A stretch of 64,000 nt of DNA from Asterias rubens. Its lineage: Eukaryota. Under the pieces are notes generated by a model that was given only the letters and a program-made list of their open reading frames with translations, searched no databases and was not told the origin of the DNA. The position numbers were made by a program, and so were the translations under genes. The DNA is taken from NCBI RefSeq assembly GCF_902459465.1, contig NC_047083.1:6200001-6264000 (forward strand). The letters run 5' to 3'. Positions 60,381 to 64,000 of the stretch are shown here, piece after piece. Position 1 is the first letter of the stretch. Every line of letters starts with the position of its first letter.

Positions 60381-62829
60381 CACTGCGCTTACTCAGGGTT
60401 TACTCTAAAAAGCATTGTTCCAAAGTATTTACTATTTAGCATCATTGTCAAAGCTGAAAGAAAAGAAAAAAAGGAGCAGTTTCGCAGTTTAAGAAAAGAG
60501 TACTAATCCTCACAAAAATGACATTTATCTTGTAACCTAGAAGAGCTTTTTCAAATGACAGTAAAGGCGATGTCATTAATATACAATGCACATCGCACAC
60601 GCTATCCACAATGTATTGCCTTGACCATAATATACTGGGGTCACACAAATCAACATGTTTTAAAGGCACATTATGCTTTTTGCACAATCTGACAGGGTTC
60701 TTTCCAAGTTGACGTATCGAGTGTAAGCGTGAATTAAGTGCCGATACACAGATATTTCAGCCATATGCAAAAATGTGTACATTCAAATAGTTTTTTGTTT
60801 TAAATGAAATTTTTTACTAATTTCACAAAAATCATTGTAAACCATAAGTCCAGATTACACACTTTTTTTTCTGGAGAAATCGTTTACCTTTGCAATTATT
60901 AATACATGTACTTGTATAGTAGATGTTAAATTTGCAACGGCGATAAAGAACAATTCATTTTGGTTTTAATCCCAAACATGTGTTAGCACTGTATACGTAC
61001 TCGATTCTTACTGAAACCAGACTTCTGTGAAAAAACACAGGCATATTACTCGCATGGGATTCAAACCCACAACCTTTGCAATTCTCGAGCAGTGTCATAC
61101 CAACTAGACCACGAAGATAGAGGCAGTTCGTAACCTTTTTTTTAGCAGCGGGTACTGCAAATTATTTACATGTACGTAGTCTTAAATTTGCATCAGGATA
61201 AAGAGTTTTCACTTTGGTTTTTACCCCTGTACACCAATGTTTGTTAGCACACAAAAAACATACATTGACAACAGTGTTTAGTCACAATTAGCACTTTGAT
61301 GATGATTTGAGAAAATATGAGTCCATCAGCACTCATTGAGTATAGCTAGCCATAAGCCATGCCTGATAATCTGCCATGGTATGCTGGAATCTAGGAATGG
61401 TCCGATTGTTAAAACACCTTCCATTGAGCCACAAGTATACAGCCTTTAACAACATAGCAAAGAATATTATAACATAGCAAAGGTTTCAGATTCAACAAAG
61501 GTTTCAGATTCAACAAACTGTACATAATAACCTCACAAAATCTGTGGATAATACGAGGCAAAATACACTACGTCTCTCTTTGTATGTGAAATCATAGAGG
61601 TGAAATGGAGCGAAGCACAATTAGGTGCTAGCCCACCTTGTTGAGATGTTTTCATGATGGCTCTATGGTTTAGTCTGATCATGGTCACCATTAGTGTAGA
61701 GCCATAATGGCCGAACAAGGTTCACAAGTGTAGCTCATAGGGTGTGCATGCCTGTGTACTTGACACATCAGGCATGTCCAGGTCAAGGTGTATGTCAGCC
61801 TTCATTGAAATCAAGTCAAAATGCAGTAAGTCCAGTTTAGCCAAAGACCCTGGACTTCCTACAGTAGGCCCCCTAATATGCATGGATTGGTTTGTACAAT
61901 AATGGAAGCAGTGTGCTGGCCTGCCACATGAAGGAGTTAAGAAACCATTTTGTTTTTTCTCACACAAGTAGACTAGATACATAATTTACATCAAACAATG
62001 TAAATCTGTCAGTAGTGTCTCATGTTGTCAAATAACCACTTAAAAAGGGTGTTTTTTGGCGTTTTCACCGGCGGACCTACATGCATCAGACCAATGCAAA
62101 TACCCATTTGTAGCCTGTGTGATTAGTGTCAGGTCATGTCATTCAAAATGCACAGTCTACTGTGTAAAATAAAAGCAATCCGACAGTCCATACAAACCTC
62201 TTGCCTTCCAGTACCAAAACGTGAATGAACCATTTATTTTACAGTTAATTTTAAAACATTAACGTGTCTGACAAGACGATAAACAATATGCCGGCGAAAT
62301 AGTGCTTCAGATGTTGGTTTATTTTGCCAGTATTCAGGATTTCATCAAATGAATTATTGTATTACATTCTGTACAAAAAAATCTACTCACTAGTTAATAG
62401 TCCATGGTTAGTCATTACATTATTTAGTAATAGCATGGCTACGTCTAGTCATTGGTTCAATCCACTCCATCCTTGGCCCCAGCACCTTGGATATAAAATT
62501 CTTTTGTGTTTTGGGGGGGTCAGGTTCCAAAAACCTATTTACCAATAATAGTACGATCAATTGCTATTTTCCCATGCGCATTTCCGAAAACTAGCAAGTT
62601 GCCAAGATCGTTGAGAAAGCTTTTAGCCCAAAACGTGTCATGTTTTTTTCAAAACAAATCCAGCTGTAGGGCTATCTCCAACTTCAGAGCATTAGATTTT
62701 GTTTTTAAAGAGGAAAAGAATTTTATATCAAAGGTGCTGGGGCCAACGCTACAGAGTGGATTGGGCCAATTTATGAGGCTAGGCTACATGTACCTGTATC
62801 CTACATTTCGGGCTGGGCTATTAACTAGT

Positions 62830-63300
62830 TATTATACACCCCTTAGAATTATTCTGCACTGTGATTGGTTTAAAACCTGTCACATGATATGTCATAGTTT
62901 TACTAGAAAGGCACACCAACGGTAATGTATTGTACTCTGTCTCATTAGCAACCAGGGTACTATCCCATTAGCAACCAGGGTACTATACCAAGATGTACAG
63001 TACCAAGATGATGATAGCGTACAGCGAGGAATGACACGCTATAAACCCAATCTGTCCATGTAGGCTATCAGACGTGCTTGTAAGCGAACATACAATAGTT
63101 TGTCACCATCTACTTGGATGATATATTAAACAAATAAAGAATGTTTTTCACTCGTGCAAAAGTGCAAATATTTTCAATTGTTGAAAGGTTGAATGTTCCA
63201 TTCAACCCGGCTCTGCCTCGTTGAATAGAACATTCCATCTTTCAACTCATGATCATTGTCATGAACATATTCGCACCATTGCACTCATAAACATTCATTA
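62830..63300. mobile_element. TIR-less repeat with a central palindrome
   Basis: Imperfect hairpin gttgaaag.ttgaatgttccattcaac ... gttgaatagaacattccatctttcaac at 63180-63246. Boundaries are approximate. Confidence 0.4.
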
Positions 63301-64000
63301 CATTATTTCCTGTGAACTATTATTAGATTAGTACTGTGACAACACGGATGGAATGCAAAGCCATAAATTATATAACAATAAGATTTGTGAGATTAGAGCT
63401 TTATTTGATTAAGATAAGTTAGTGGTATGCTAGACCCAGTATAAAATTACAGTAACTGGGCGCTGTACTCCTTTTTTCAACATTTATTATCGATCGTAGT
63501 CTAACTCTACTGTACGACCAAAAACAAAGGAGTTTATAAATAATAATACAGCACCCCAGTTAATACTGGGTCTAGTGGTATGGAAGATTGTTTAAAAAAA
63601 GCTTTAGTAACCAACAAACCAATGTCCATGTTGAATGTTCACTTCTAATTAATCTAGCTCTGATCTGATCGAACCTAAAATAAATTATTCCAAAACCATT
63701 TAAGTTCCTATTTCTAACGTCCTTGCTTGCTCCATTTTTATTATATTCTTCTCTACTGAATGAAAGTAAAAGTAAGCCCCAACATGGAGTGTTTAATTTT
63801 ATTTCATGCCTCCGTTTACAAAGTGATAAAAATGGCTATAACTATATTTGTTATTATTTTATCACGATCATGATGATGATTGTTCCATCTCCTCATCTAT
63901 CCATGAGGTAGTTTCTACCTCCATGATCTATCTGTGTCGGGTAAAAAATAAACTGGCACTTGATTAAAAATATTAAACATTACGATTTCGTTTTTCTTTT

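Noticed and set aside
58417-64000. MADD promoter / first non-coding exon, and short ORFs upstream
   Set aside because: There are some CpG-richer patches (about 59030-59560) but no defensible TSS or donor. The ORFs are short, unrecognisable or LINE-derived.

Overview
This is eukaryotic, AT-rich genomic DNA with spliceosomal introns, from an invertebrate animal. The repeat landscape suggests an echinoderm such as a sea star (inference). Almost the whole window is one minus-strand gene, a MADD / DENN-domain Rab3 GEF orthologue. I traced 21 coding exons by hand from the ATG at 58277 down to 997, all with GT-AG boundaries and consistent phases; the 3' end of the gene lies left of the window. The introns hold MITEs (Kolobok-like TTAA, hAT-like 8-bp TSD, Harbinger-like), SINE and LINE fragments, several large minisatellite arrays and one assembly gap. 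The standout is an 11,039-bp element (1574-12612) filling almost a whole MADD intron. It has 39-bp terminal inverted repeats, a TA target-site duplication and no recognisable transposase. Its interior is nested, diverged tandem modules that keep short fixed motifs: a bipartite box ending GCGGCATCACAAAGGAA, a candidate 24-codon ORF with conserved start and stop positions, and TIR-like motifs at its midpoint. There are no prokaryotic features or CRISPR arrays. The very long ORFs in the track are satellite artefacts.
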